54,929 nt of DNA, taken from positions 1 to 54,929 of the forward strand of contig CAZYPS010000005.1 in NCBI GenBank assembly GCA_964649445.1, given 5' to 3'. The notes below the pieces were generated by a model that saw nothing but the letters and a program-made list of their open reading frames with translations, did no database searches and was not told where the DNA came from. The translations under genes and the position numbers were made by a program. The DNA comes from an uncultured Thermotogae bacterium (GTDB lineage Bacteria > Bipolaricaulota > Bipolaricaulia > M55B111). Positions 8,699-18,434 of the stretch are shown in pieces; the first letter of the stretch is position 1, and each line of letters starts with the position of its first letter.

Positions 8699-10348
8699 TT
8701 ACTGAGCAAGTAACTCAGTATTCCACTTGATCTGGGGGGTAAGGGCAAGCGTGGAATCGAGTTCATAACCCCATTCAAGTGTCGGTTTCTTGGCAAACGA
8801 AAAGCCCAGCGTCGTTATGGGATAAGCCGCGGCATCAATCAGTATTTCCTTCTGTGTTTCGCCCCAGAAATCGTTCTGTAAGTCTGGGTCATCAGCCGTG
8901 CGAGCTATTTCAATTAACTTATCGACATTATCTATAGCCCCGTCTCCGTCGGCATCGACGTCTCCGTAGTGAGAGAAATTGGTAATCGCTGTAGGTTTAG
9001 TTACAATGGATGCGGAATGGTAGAACTGGGTCAGTATAGAGTTAGCGGTTGGGAACCGGGCGCAAACGTATATTACCATAGGATTGACGTCGTCCCGAAT
9101 CTGGGAATGATAAGCCGAGTGGTCTATCTGCTTGATATTTACTTCCACCCCTATCTCTTTCAACATATCCTGAGCAACCACCAAAGTTTTGTTGTAACTC
9201 TCCCGTTCGGTGATTACGACGTCTAGTTCGAAACCATCCGGGTAACCGGCTTCTTCCAATAATTCCATTGCCTTATCCAGGTTCTGCTCGTAGGCCAGTC
9301 CCTCTTCCATTACCTCCTTTTTCGTCAGGCCTCCGAGATAACTGGAGGGAATGGGAGAGTAGAGAGGAGTCGTAATTGCCTCTCCGTAGAAACTATTTAT
9401 TGTTCCCCTGTCAAGCGCGTACAAGATGGCTTTTCTAACTTTTATATCATCCAGTGGTTCTCTGGTAAGGTTAAAGTGTAACGTTACCGTCTCGCCGGGA
9501 CCGAAAACCACCGGTTCGACCCCTTCGTAACTTTCTACTCTATCCAGCCAGGCCTGTTTTCTCAACCCTTCGATCAGGTCGAGTTCTCCCGTTCTTAGTC
9601 CGGAGAGCCTGCTACTGATATCGGGCATGTAGCGCCAAACTACCTTTTCGAGGGTCGGCTCTCCCCGGAAGTATTCCTCGTTCCTGGAAAGTTCCACCTT
9701 TTGCCCCGGGACGTAATTTTCGAAGACAAAAGGACCAGTTCCCACCGGATGAGTAGTGAAGTCATCACCCATCTGCTCAGCAGCCTTCTTAGAAACGACG
9801 AACCCTCCGGAATAATCGGAAACCAGTCCGGGTAACGAGGGGACAGGTTTGTCTAGAGTTATTTCAACAGTGTATTCGTCGACCGCTTCTACGCTATCTA
9901 AATTATCGTAGCTTCCGGAATAAGCGGAGGTCTCAGGGTTTGCAGCTCGCTTAATAGAGTAAACAACATCCTCGCTGGTCATTTCATAGCCATCCGGCTG
10001 GCCCGGGAAGGGGTGGAACATAACACCTTCTCGCAGGTGGAAAGTCCATTCTAGTCCGTCGGAAGATGCTTCCCAGCTCTTAGCGAGATCCGGTTCTATC
10101 TTTTCGGGATCCATATCACCCGGTTTGAATCGGACGAGGCCGTTGAAGATCATGTCGACAGCTCCACGATCCTGAGTCCCTACTGCAAGGTGAGGGTCCA
10201 GAGTATTTAGATCGGAAGCTGCTACCCCTACATCCAGTATTTGTTCCTCGGCTAGATCCTCCTCTGCATAAACCCCTGATCCAACAAGGAGCAGAACCAT
10301 TATCCCAGCGAACAAAATACCGGTTAGGTCACGACTAGTTTTATTCAT
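8699..10348 (-). CDS. ABC transporter substrate-binding protein, family 5 (DppA/NikA-like)
   Basis: Signal peptide; TLDPH, PDLAKSW..S.DG..WTFHLREGV.FH, PVGTGPF, KVRKAI..A.DR. Confidence 0.92.
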   Translation of the reverse strand: MNKTSRDLTGILFAGIMVLLLVGSGVYAEEDLAEEQILDVGVAASDLNTLDPHLAVGTQDRGAVDMIFNGLVRFKPGDMDPEKIEPDLAKSWEASSDGLEWTFHLREGVMFHPFPGQPDGYEMTSEDVVYSIKRAANPETSAYSGSYDNLDSVEAVDEYTVEITLDKPVPSLPGLVSDYSGGFVVSKKAAEQMGDDFTTHPVGTGPFVFENYVPGQKVELSRNEEYFRGEPTLEKVVWRYMPDISSRLSGLRTGELDLIEGLRKQAWLDRVESYEGVEPVVFGPGETVTLHFNLTREPLDDIKVRKAILYALDRGTINSFYGEAITTPLYSPIPSSYLGGLTKKEVMEEGLAYEQNLDKAMELLEEAGYPDGFELDVVITERESYNKTLVVAQDMLKEIGVEVNIKQIDHSAYHSQIRDDVNPMVIYVCARFPTANSILTQFYHSASIVTKPTAITNFSHYGDVDADGDGAIDNVDKLIEIARTADDPDLQNDFWGETQKEILIDAAAYPITTLGFSFAKKPTLEWGYELDSTLALTPQIKWNTELLAQ

Positions 10349-10411
10349 TATTTACCTCCTTAGGGTTGTAAATTTTTATTTTATAATTCTTGAGTTATTA
10401 TTCTTATTTTT

Positions 10412-10423
10412 TTACCACCCCCT
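10412..10423 (-). promoter_or_regulatory. Extra upstream SD-like element (STAB-SD-like) of SBP gene
   Basis: AGGGGGTGGTAA about 64 nt before the ATG, which has its own AAGGAGGT SD. Confidence 0.55.
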
Positions 10424-10690
10424 AATTGATTTCTCATCAAGATGTTATCACACGAATCATTTATCTCAACTTAACGATGAACGTTGAATATCGAGATTGA
10501 CTACATCACAATTCCGGACGAAAACATGTATTATTAAGTGGACTAACAAAGCCGACACGTAAAATATCTATGACACAGTCTATTACTGGCTTTAGTCAAT
10601 CATTTATTTCTACCCCCTACCGTCGTATAATTTTTGTAAAGAAACCTAAAAGTAATACCTAAGATCAATAACATTCCTTCAGAGGTCAGC

Positions 10691-12493
10691 ATGACAGAAA
10701 GGGAAAATAATCGGGTAGCTATAGACGGGAGAAAACTCTACAACGCTTTCGCGAAAGGTGCGGAAAAGGTCGTCGAAAAGAGAAAGCTGCTCGACGATAT
10801 AAACGTATTTCCCGTCGCTGACGGTGATACGGGCAAAAACATGGCCCAAACCCTCCGGTCGATAGCAAAGAACACCAAACCGGATAATTCTGTCGGCACC
10901 GTGAGCAAAGACATGGCTCAGGTCGCGCTCCTGAGTTCGAGAGGCAATTCCGGTATAATACTCGCTCAGTTTTTCAACGGGATAAGCAAAGCAACCGGCC
11001 AAAGAGACCATCTTCAACTAACCGAGTTTGCCCGAGCAATGAAAGTTGGAGCAGATCACGCCTATAAAGCCACCAATCAGCCCGTAGAAGGAACTATCCT
11101 GACGGTAATGAGAGAATGGGCTCAATCTCTCCACGAGTACGCCTCCAACAAAAACGACCTTTCGGAGTCGCTGGAGAATTCTCTCGAAGTCGCAAATAAC
11201 TCCCTCAAGAAAACTAAATCCCGATTAGAAGAGTTAAGAGAAGCAAATGTAGTGGATGCGGGCGCAAAGGGGTTTGTTCTTTTTCTTGAAGGCATATCAG
11301 CATTTTTCAGAAAAGGTGAAACAGCCACTTTCGAGAGTATAGGTGAACTGGAAAAAGAAACCTCCCATCATATCGGCGAAGACCAGGGAATAACCGGACC
11401 ACGTTACTGCACGGAAGTAGTTCTAACTGGCGAAAGCCTGAAAGCCGAAGAATTAGGGAACCTGGCTGAAGGATACGGGGAATCTCTCGTAATTGCCGGT
11501 TCGGAAGGTCAGTACCACATTCATATCCACACGGATAATCCAGCTGAGTTAATCTACGAACTGGAAAAAACCGGTACAGTGGCCGAGCAAAAAGTCGACG
11601 ACATGCAAAAACAGCACGAAGCAGTCTACGAAAGATCCACGGAGATCGCTATTGTAACTGACTCTACCTGCGACCTCCCCCGGGAAGTAATAGACGAACT
11701 TCCGATCTATCCGGTGCCGCTAACTGTAAATTTTGGCGACGATCAGTTTCTCGATAAGTCTACCATCACCCCGGACCAATTTTACCGAATGCTGGAAGAA
11801 TTAGAAGAAGACGAGGAATATCCCTCTAGCTCTCAACCTTCGATAGGCCAGTTTAAACAAAAATATTCTTTTCTGCTCGACCACTACGATTCAATTTTAT
11901 CTCTCCACATCGCGGGGGAATTAAGCGGGACCGTAGAGGCCGCACGAAAAGCGGCAAAAGAAGTCGACGAGTCGAGGATCTCCGTCGTGGATACGAGACA
12001 GCTTTCGACCTCTCTGGGTTTAATAGTCCAGGAAGTGGCAAACCGGCTGGAGGACGGTTTGGACCGTCAGGAGCTGGTCGACCTGACCAAAAAACTGCGG
12101 AGGAAAGCAAAAATACTGGTCAGCGTAAAGGACCTAAAGTATATGGTTAGAGGAGGAAGGGTAAATCGACTTGAGGGATTTCTCGCCCGGTTACTCAACT
12201 TTAAACCAATAATTTCACTTGATAAGACGGGTAATTCGGAACTTCACGGCAGGCCACTGCTCAGGAGAACAAATTTCGATCAGATTATCGAGATGATTTC
12301 CAACCCCCATAACGATTCTAAGGTAAAAAGATACGCCATCGGTCACGTCCGGGCGAAAGAAGAAGCCGAAGAACTGGCGGGAACCATCGAAGAAGAGATC
12401 GGTCTCTCTCCGGACTACACTATGGATATTTCTCCGCTAATCGGGGCCCACGCCGGTATAGGCGCCCTTTCAGTATCTTATCTAACGGAGTAA
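10691..12493 (+). CDS. DAK2 (FakA-like)-DegV (FakB) fusion, fatty acid kinase
   Basis: [33 protein letters not shown] and YCTE (DAK2/FakA), then [22 protein letters not shown] and IGAHAG (DegV). Confidence 0.92.
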   Translation: MTERENNRVAIDGRKLYNAFAKGAEKVVEKRKLLDDINVFPVADGDTGKNMAQTLRSIAKNTKPDNSVGTVSKDMAQVALLSSRGNSGIILAQFFNGISKATGQRDHLQLTEFARAMKVGADHAYKATNQPVEGTILTVMREWAQSLHEYASNKNDLSESLENSLEVANNSLKKTKSRLEELREANVVDAGAKGFVLFLEGISAFFRKGETATFESIGELEKETSHHIGEDQGITGPRYCTEVVLTGESLKAEELGNLAEGYGESLVIAGSEGQYHIHIHTDNPAELIYELEKTGTVAEQKVDDMQKQHEAVYERSTEIAIVTDSTCDLPREVIDELPIYPVPLTVNFGDDQFLDKSTITPDQFYRMLEELEEDEEYPSSSQPSIGQFKQKYSFLLDHYDSILSLHIAGELSGTVEAARKAAKEVDESRISVVDTRQLSTSLGLIVQEVANRLEDGLDRQELVDLTKKLRRKAKILVSVKDLKYMVRGGRVNRLEGFLARLLNFKPIISLDKTGNSELHGRPLLRRTNFDQIIEMISNPHNDSKVKRYAIGHVRAKEEAEELAGTIEEEIGLSPDYTMDISPLIGAHAGIGALSVSYLTE

Positions 12494-12494
12494 T

Positions 12495-13277
12495 ATGTTC
12501 ATCCAAAGTCCGATCGCAATAGTTCTGGCAGTATTTCTCTACATGACGCTTGTTTATCTATTAGCTCAGGTAAAATCCGACTATTCGGTGGTAGATATTT
12601 TTTGGGGTCCGGGATTCGCTCTGGTCGGATTACTTTCCCTACTTCTGTCACCCGAACTAACCATTAGAGGCCTGATCGTTACTATTCTGGTGGTAATTTG
12701 GGGGTTTAGGCTTGGTTATCACGTATTTAAACGCAATTGGGGAAAACCGGAGGATTTCCGGTATAAGGAAATGCGGGAAAACTGGGAAGGTCGGGCTTAC
12801 CTTATAAGCTACGTGAGAATCTTCCTTCTCCAGGGTCTGTTGATGCTTGTCATCTCTTACCCCCTTATACTGATTCATTTCCTTCCGAAAGAAGGTATCG
12901 GACTACTCGATTATCTTGGTATATTGGTCTGGCTAGTTGGATTTGGATTCGAGGTCATTGGGGATTACCAGCTGTCGGACTTCATAAAACACCGGAAGTC
13001 CGAAGAGGACAGAATTATGACGGAGGGCCTCTGGCAGTACACCAGACACCCAAATTACTTCGGAGAAGCTCTTCTGTGGTGGGGAATTTACCTTTTAACT
13101 GTATCGATCCCCTATGGCTGGGCAGGAATAATAAGTCCAATAGCGATAGGTTATCTCCTCCTTTTCGTCTCAGGAGTTCCTCCCCTGGAAAAGAGGTACG
13201 AAGACGTTGAAGAATACCAGAAATACGCAAAACGAACGAACAAATTTTTCCCCTGGTTTCCCCGAGATAAGGATTGA
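12495..13277 (+). CDS. DUF1295 / steroid 5-alpha-reductase-like membrane protein
   Basis: [30 protein letters not shown]...WWG, SGVPPLE. Confidence 0.9.
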   Translation: MFIQSPIAIVLAVFLYMTLVYLLAQVKSDYSVVDIFWGPGFALVGLLSLLLSPELTIRGLIVTILVVIWGFRLGYHVFKRNWGKPEDFRYKEMRENWEGRAYLISYVRIFLLQGLLMLVISYPLILIHFLPKEGIGLLDYLGILVWLVGFGFEVIGDYQLSDFIKHRKSEEDRIMTEGLWQYTRHPNYFGEALLWWGIYLLTVSIPYGWAGIISPIAIGYLLLFVSGVPPLEKRYEDVEEYQKYAKRTNKFFPWFPRDKD

Positions 13278-13354
13278 AAAACTAAAACTCCGGAAACCAG
13301 AGGGTTAAATAAGAAACCGGAATCAGGTTCGACTCTCCCCTCCTAATTTTACAG

Positions 13355-13625
13355 TTATCCCTGTTTTTAAGGACAACTGACCGATAATAAACAACAAAAT
13401 GTGGAAAACTATGTGGATAACCTGTTAAAAACGGGGTAAAATCGTGATTTTTTGTGGAAAAGTCCTGTTGAAAAGAAACCTTGAAAGTTGTCCACATTTG
13501 TTTTCAAGAGAAAAACAGGGATGTCCACAGTTCCTCCACAAAATTCTCCCCAACCTCCAGGCTTATATGACCGGAGAAGATAAATAGTTTTCCACACAAA
13601 AAGTTTCCCCAGTTACTACTACAGT
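13355..13625. other. oriC: Probable replication origin (oriC): DnaA-box array plus DnaA-trio-like repeats
   Basis: Perfect TGTGGATAA 13412-13420; TGTGGAAAA 13400-13408 and 13453-13461; TGTTGAAAA 13466-13474; TTGTCCACA 13488-13496; ATGTCCACA 13521-13529; TCCTCCACA 13532-13540; TTTTCCACA 13588-13596; then GTTTCCCCA and TACTACTAC 13614-13622, followed by AT-rich DNA. Confidence 0.8.
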
Positions 13626-13666
13626 AAAAAGATGACTAACAAACCAAGCAGTACCTTAATATTAAT

Positions 13667-13695
13667 TTGAAAATAAATGTTGTTTTTATTATGCT
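13667..13695 (+). promoter_or_regulatory. Putative promoter of the glycerol operon
   Basis: TTGAAA (13667-13672), 17 nt spacer, TATGCT (13690-13695). Confidence 0.55.
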
Positions 13696-13753
13696 AATTT
13701 TCGAGTTTGTTTAGCTTTTTAGGTAAAAGTAGTGCAGTTTGAGGAGATTATTC

Positions 13754-15205
13754 ATGAATAAATACGATGTGATAGTGATTGGGGCAGGGGTTATTGGCAC
13801 GGGAATAGCACGTGAATTATCCAGATACAGGGTAAGTGTTGGTGTACTGGAAAAGGAACCGGATGTGAGCTGGGGAACGACAAAAGCAAATAGCGGAATA
13901 GTTCACGCAGGTTATGACGCTAAACCCGAAACCATCAAAGCTTCTTTTTCGGCTCCGGGGAACAAAAAGTACAACGAATGGACAGATCCACTTTCCGTAC
14001 CTTTCAAGCGACTTGGATCCTTCGTTTCTACAAAAGACAGGTCTCAGTTGGATAAGCTTCATAGGTTAAAAGAACAAGGTGAAGAGAACGGAGTTGACCA
14101 GCTGGAAATAATTGAGGATAAGGATAGGATTCGAAAGCTGGAACCAAATATCTCTGATGATGTCGAAGCAGTTCTCCATGCACCTACGGCCGGAGTTGTC
14201 GCTCCTTACAAGTTGACCATTGCCCTTTACGAAAATAGCCGTAAAAACGGCGTGGATTTCCACTTTAACTCACCTGTCAAAGGAATAGATACGTCGGATG
14301 AATCCGAAGACGGCTCGGGGTTCAGGGTAAAGACTCAAGACGAAGAGTTCGAGGGAGACTACGTGATAAACGCTGCCGGGCTTTTCTCGGGGAAGATTGC
14401 CGGTATGGTTGGGGATAATAGCTTTTCTATCTTTCCGGCTCGGGGTGAGTATCACCTTCTGGACAGCGAACTACAGGGATTCGTAAACAAGATCAACTTT
14501 CCTTTACCCTCAGAAGAAAGTAAAGGTATCCTGGTAACGCCTGCCGCTGAAGGAAGTATAATTTTTGGCCCAAACCACGAGCCACTAGAGGAACCTTCTC
14601 TCGCGACCACTAAGGAAGGGCTTGACGAAGTATTCCAGGGAGCGGTGGATTTATTCCCGGAAATCGATACAAGCAAAATCGTTACAAACTTTGCCGGGTT
14701 GCGAGCCAAGGCGGGCTCTGATGATTTCGTTATCGGAGAATCGGACGCTGTTGATAACTTTATAAACGTCGGAGGGATTCAGTCCCCGGGTCTCACAGCC
14801 GCCCCGGCAATTTCGGATCACGTAGTAGGTCTGCTTGAGGAAAAGGGGCTGGAACTGGTAACTGATCCCGGCTTCGATCCGAACAGGGAACCTATTCCCC
14901 GGTTCGCAGAGATGAATCCCGACGAGATAGCTGAATATACCGAAAACCTGGACGCGGCAAAGGAAATAGTCTGCCGGTGTGAGGAAGTTACCCGGGCGGA
15001 GATAGAGGAGGCAATAGATCGAGGAGCAGATACGCTGGACGGAATAAAATTCAGGACGAGGTCGAGAATGGGAAGCTGTCAGGGAGGTTTTTGTACTCCC
15101 AAACTCGTAGAAATACTGGCGAAAAAGTTAGGTATTTCTCCCAGAGAAGTAACAAAGAGGGGAGATAATTCCTACTTGCTGGCAGAGGAGACCAAAGAGG
15201 GTTGA
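13754..15205 (+). CDS. FAD-dependent glycerol-3-phosphate dehydrogenase, GlpA/L2HGDH-like, with C-terminal BFD-like [2Fe-2S] domain
   Basis: ATG 13754 after GAGGAG; GAGVIG, TKANSGIVHAG, GIQSPGLTAAPA, and VCRCE...GSCQGGFC cysteine motifs; located in a glpK operon. Confidence 0.85.
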   Translation: MNKYDVIVIGAGVIGTGIARELSRYRVSVGVLEKEPDVSWGTTKANSGIVHAGYDAKPETIKASFSAPGNKKYNEWTDPLSVPFKRLGSFVSTKDRSQLDKLHRLKEQGEENGVDQLEIIEDKDRIRKLEPNISDDVEAVLHAPTAGVVAPYKLTIALYENSRKNGVDFHFNSPVKGIDTSDESEDGSGFRVKTQDEEFEGDYVINAAGLFSGKIAGMVGDNSFSIFPARGEYHLLDSELQGFVNKINFPLPSEESKGILVTPAAEGSIIFGPNHEPLEEPSLATTKEGLDEVFQGAVDLFPEIDTSKIVTNFAGLRAKAGSDDFVIGESDAVDNFINVGGIQSPGLTAAPAISDHVVGLLEEKGLELVTDPGFDPNREPIPRFAEMNPDEIAEYTENLDAAKEIVCRCEEVTRAEIEEAIDRGADTLDGIKFRTRSRMGSCQGGFCTPKLVEILAKKLGISPREVTKRGDNSYLLAEETKEG

Positions 15206-15208
15206 AAA

Positions 15209-16465
15209 ATGACTTCAAAGATTAGTCAAATAAAGAAAGATATAGTTGTAGTTGGTGGGGGGCCGGGTGGAATGGCGGCGGCAATCCGTGGTGCCGAAGA
15301 AGGTGCCGACGTAATGCTTGTGGAACGAGATATCGAGCTGGGTGGCATCCTCAATCAGTGCATTCATAATGGCTTCGGAATAGAGTACTACGGGGAGGAG
15401 CTTACCGGTCCCGAATACGCCGAAAGATTCACTAGCCAGATAAGGGAAAGCGGCATTGACGTTCGTCTCGACAGTTACGTGCTCTCGCTCGAGCCGGACA
15501 AAGTTATTACGCTTATGACCCCTGACGGTATATTCGAGGTTGACGCCGGCGCGGTCGTTCTTGCAACCGGTGCCAGGGAGAGATCTCGCGGTGAGATAAG
15601 GATTCCGGGAGACAGGCCGTCCGGAATAATGCCGGCAGGAACCGCTCAAAAGTTCATTAATAAGAAAGGCTACCTTCCGGGCAAGAAAGCCTTCGTCCTC
15701 GGGTCAGGAGATATCGGATTGATAATATCGCGGAGACTTACCTGGGAGGGTGCCGAGGTTGCGGGTGTTGCTGAAATCATGTCCTACCCGACCGGGTTGA
15801 ACAGGAACGTGGTTCAGTGTCTCCACGATTACGATATCCCCCTTCACCTGAACCATACGGTGACGGAGATTTACGGCAAAGATCGTCTGGAGGGAATTGA
15901 ACTGTCGCGGGTTGATGAAGATTTGAATCCGATAGAGGGCACCGAAAAATATTTTGACGTCGATCTTCTTTTGCTATCGGTCGGTCTGGTACCGGAGAAC
16001 GATTTCTTCAAAGAGGTCGGGGTATCTCTGGACGAACGGACGCAGGGGCCTCTAGTTGGGGAATGGTTTCAGACCGACGTCCCGGGAATTTTTGGTTGTG
16101 GAAATGCCGTACATATTGAAGACTTGGTGGACTGGGTCACCCTGGACGGATTCAGAGCGGGCGAAGGAGCAGTGAAATTTGCCGGAAACGGTGGTCTGTC
16201 TAATCCCGATAAAGACGTTCTGGCAGGGGAAAACGTCAACTACGTGGTGCCTCAGAAGGTCAGCGGGGAAGACCCGTTCCGATTTGCTCTTAGAGTTGAA
16301 GAACCCATGGAAAACGTAGATATTTCGATAAAGGGAACTGATATATCCTTCTTCCAGAAAATAGTTACGCCAGGAGAAATGGAAGTAGAGGAGGTATCGG
16401 AGGACGACCTGGCTGAGATCGAAGATCTGGACGAACTCGAGGTTGAGGTCAAAGGGAGGAATTAA
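15209..16465 (+). CDS. NAD(P)/FAD-dependent oxidoreductase (partner subunit of Firmicutes/Thermococcales-type G3PDH)
   Basis: GGGPGG, GGILNQCIHNGFG, LTGPEYA, ATGARER, GSGDIGLI. Confidence 0.85.
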   Translation: MTSKISQIKKDIVVVGGGPGGMAAAIRGAEEGADVMLVERDIELGGILNQCIHNGFGIEYYGEELTGPEYAERFTSQIRESGIDVRLDSYVLSLEPDKVITLMTPDGIFEVDAGAVVLATGARERSRGEIRIPGDRPSGIMPAGTAQKFINKKGYLPGKKAFVLGSGDIGLIISRRLTWEGAEVAGVAEIMSYPTGLNRNVVQCLHDYDIPLHLNHTVTEIYGKDRLEGIELSRVDEDLNPIEGTEKYFDVDLLLLSVGLVPENDFFKEVGVSLDERTQGPLVGEWFQTDVPGIFGCGNAVHIEDLVDWVTLDGFRAGEGAVKFAGNGGLSNPDKDVLAGENVNYVVPQKVSGEDPFRFALRVEEPMENVDISIKGTDISFFQKIVTPGEMEVEEVSEDDLAEIEDLDELEVEVKGRN

Positions 16466-16836
16466 TGCCGAAGAAAGAATATACCTGCGTCGCTTGTCCA
16501 AAGGGTTGTACTGTCGAAGTGGAATTCGAAGGTGACGAGATTAAGGATATTTCCGGATACAATTGTCTTAAGGGCAAGGAGTACGTGGAGGACGAATTTC
16601 ACGATCCCCGGAGAATTCTTACAACCACAGTAAAGATAAAAAATGCAAAGTATCCTAGAATACCGGTTAGAACGGAAACAGGCGTCCCAAAGAATTCACT
16701 CGATTGTTGTCTGGATGAATTAAATAAGGTCGAGCTGGAAGCTCCAGTGGATATCGGTGATACGGTCATCGAGGACGTATGTTCGACCGGAATTTCCGTA
16801 GTTACCAGCAGATCTCTGGGAGCCCACGATGGCTAG
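16465..16836 (+). CDS. DUF1667 family small Cys-rich (Fe-S/metal-binding) subunit
   Basis: CVACPKGC...GYNC.KG.EY...P.RILTTTV; translationally coupled to the upstream gene. Confidence 0.85.
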   Translation: MPKKEYTCVACPKGCTVEVEFEGDEIKDISGYNCLKGKEYVEDEFHDPRRILTTTVKIKNAKYPRIPVRTETGVPKNSLDCCLDELNKVELEAPVDIGDTVIEDVCSTGISVVTSRSLGAHDG

Positions 16837-16853
16837 ATCTCGGGAGGGTGGAT

Positions 16854-18392
16854 ATGGCCATTGCTGAAAGGCTTTCAGGCCAGGAGTTCGATCTAGCGGT
16901 AATTGGTGGTGGGATTACGGGTGCCGGTGTAGCCCGGGATGCCTCGATGCGGGGACTGGACGTCGTTCTTCTGGAAAAGGATGACTTTGCTCAGGGGACC
17001 AGTAGCCGATCTACAAAACTGGTTCACGGGGGATTGAGATATCTGGAAAATTACGACTTCGGACTGGTTCACGAAGCGCTCAGGGAACGTAAGATATTGT
17101 TAAATATCGCCTCTCATCTAGTTTACCCTTCAAAGTTTTTCTTTCCCGTTTACGAAGAATCCCGCGTGTTTCCTCTTCAGCTCCGAGCCGGTCTCGTACT
17201 TTACGACCTGCTTGCCTGGGGGAGAGGGTTAGGCAGCCACGAGTTCATCAGTCCCGAGGAAACGAGAGAAGTTTTTCCGGGGTTAAAAAAGAATGGCTTG
17301 AGGGCGACTGGAGTATACTACGACTGCCAGATGGATGATTCCAGGTTAGTATTGAGTAACGTTCTGGATTCTGTAGCCCGAGGGGCGGAAGTAGCGAATT
17401 ACGCAAAAGTATCCGACGTCGAGCGTTCAGGGGAGCGGGGAAACTGGACGCTCGAGGTCAGAGATAAGCTAAAGGAAACTCAGTTCTCACTGGAAGCAAA
17501 AAAGGTAGTTAATGCAACCGGACCGTGGTCCGACGATATTGCGGAGAGCTGGAGACAAGAGGGAAGCCGGTTTTTGAGGCCGACAAAAGGAGCTCATCTC
17601 ATATTACCTCCGCTGGGGACAGAGATCGCTGGCTTCTTTCCCTCAATCCATGACGATCGTCTATTTTTTGTCATTCCCTGGGAGAAAAAAACACTGGTAG
17701 GAACGACGGATACGGATTTTTCCGGAAATCCTGATCAGCTGACCGTTAATAGCGAAGAAAGGGAATATTTACTGTCGAACGTAAACCATTACCTGGACGA
17801 AGTGGAATTTGAAGAATCCGACGTGCTGGCAGAATTTGCGGGACTAAGGCCGCTCTATTCCACTGCCAGGGGCGAAGTAGAGGAGTCGAAAGTATCCCGC
17901 GACCACGAAATTTTGGTTGAGAGGGACTCGATTTTTACGATCATCGGGGGCAAATATACGACTTATCGCGCAATGGCGGAAGAAGCCCTGGATTTGATGG
18001 GATCAGCCGGAAAAAGCTCTACCGGCGAGGAAAAGCTTCCGGGAGCGTGGAGAAAAGACCGGGAAAAGCAAAATCTAAAAACGAATATTCTCGAAAATTA
18101 TTCCCTGTCGGAAGCGCAGGTTGAGAACTTGTTGAATAAATACGGGACAAAAGCGAAAGAAGTTCTAGAAAGTTCGGATAAATATCCGGATTTTGACAAA
18201 CCGATAGGGGACTCTGAAGTACCGATAAGGGCTCAGGTTTATTATGCCGCGACCAGCGAATTTGCCCGGACCGCGGAGGACGTGATAAGACGAAGGACCG
18301 GATTGTTTATGCGGGAAGATGAGGAAAAGGATGAAGTTGAACGATTACTGGAAGAAGTTAACGGCAGTGAGGTTGAAGTAAAGAGAGGATAG
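16854..18392 (+). CDS. glpD: Glycerol-3-phosphate dehydrogenase (GlpD type)
   Basis: ATG 16854 after GGAGGG; GGGITGAG, GTSSRSTKLVHGGLRYLE, DDSRL, NATGPW, GTTD, GLRPL, GGKYTTYRAMAE. Confidence 0.92.
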   Translation: MAIAERLSGQEFDLAVIGGGITGAGVARDASMRGLDVVLLEKDDFAQGTSSRSTKLVHGGLRYLENYDFGLVHEALRERKILLNIASHLVYPSKFFFPVYEESRVFPLQLRAGLVLYDLLAWGRGLGSHEFISPEETREVFPGLKKNGLRATGVYYDCQMDDSRLVLSNVLDSVARGAEVANYAKVSDVERSGERGNWTLEVRDKLKETQFSLEAKKVVNATGPWSDDIAESWRQEGSRFLRPTKGAHLILPPLGTEIAGFFPSIHDDRLFFVIPWEKKTLVGTTDTDFSGNPDQLTVNSEEREYLLSNVNHYLDEVEFEESDVLAEFAGLRPLYSTARGEVEESKVSRDHEILVERDSIFTIIGGKYTTYRAMAEEALDLMGSAGKSSTGEEKLPGAWRKDREKQNLKTNILENYSLSEAQVENLLNKYGTKAKEVLESSDKYPDFDKPIGDSEVPIRAQVYYAATSEFARTAEDVIRRRTGLFMREDEEKDEVERLLEEVNGSEVEVKRG

Positions 18393-18434
18393 TGTGTTGG
18401 TTTTTTAATTCTGTAGTTCAAAAACAAATCGGAG

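Noticed and set aside
13300-13345. tRNA-like GGTTCGACTC T-loop motif
   Set aside because: The flanks (TCAGG/CTCCC) do not form a T-stem, and no acceptor, D or anticodon arms are evident.
13400-13596. Repeated TGTGGA/TCCACA units as a CRISPR or iteron array
   Set aside because: The units are 9-mers in both orientations with irregular spacing and match DnaA boxes. No cas or rep gene is present.
13282-13597. Two short minus-strand ORFs (71 and 62 aa)
   Set aside because: They lie over the DnaA-box array, have atypical composition, and are best explained as spurious.
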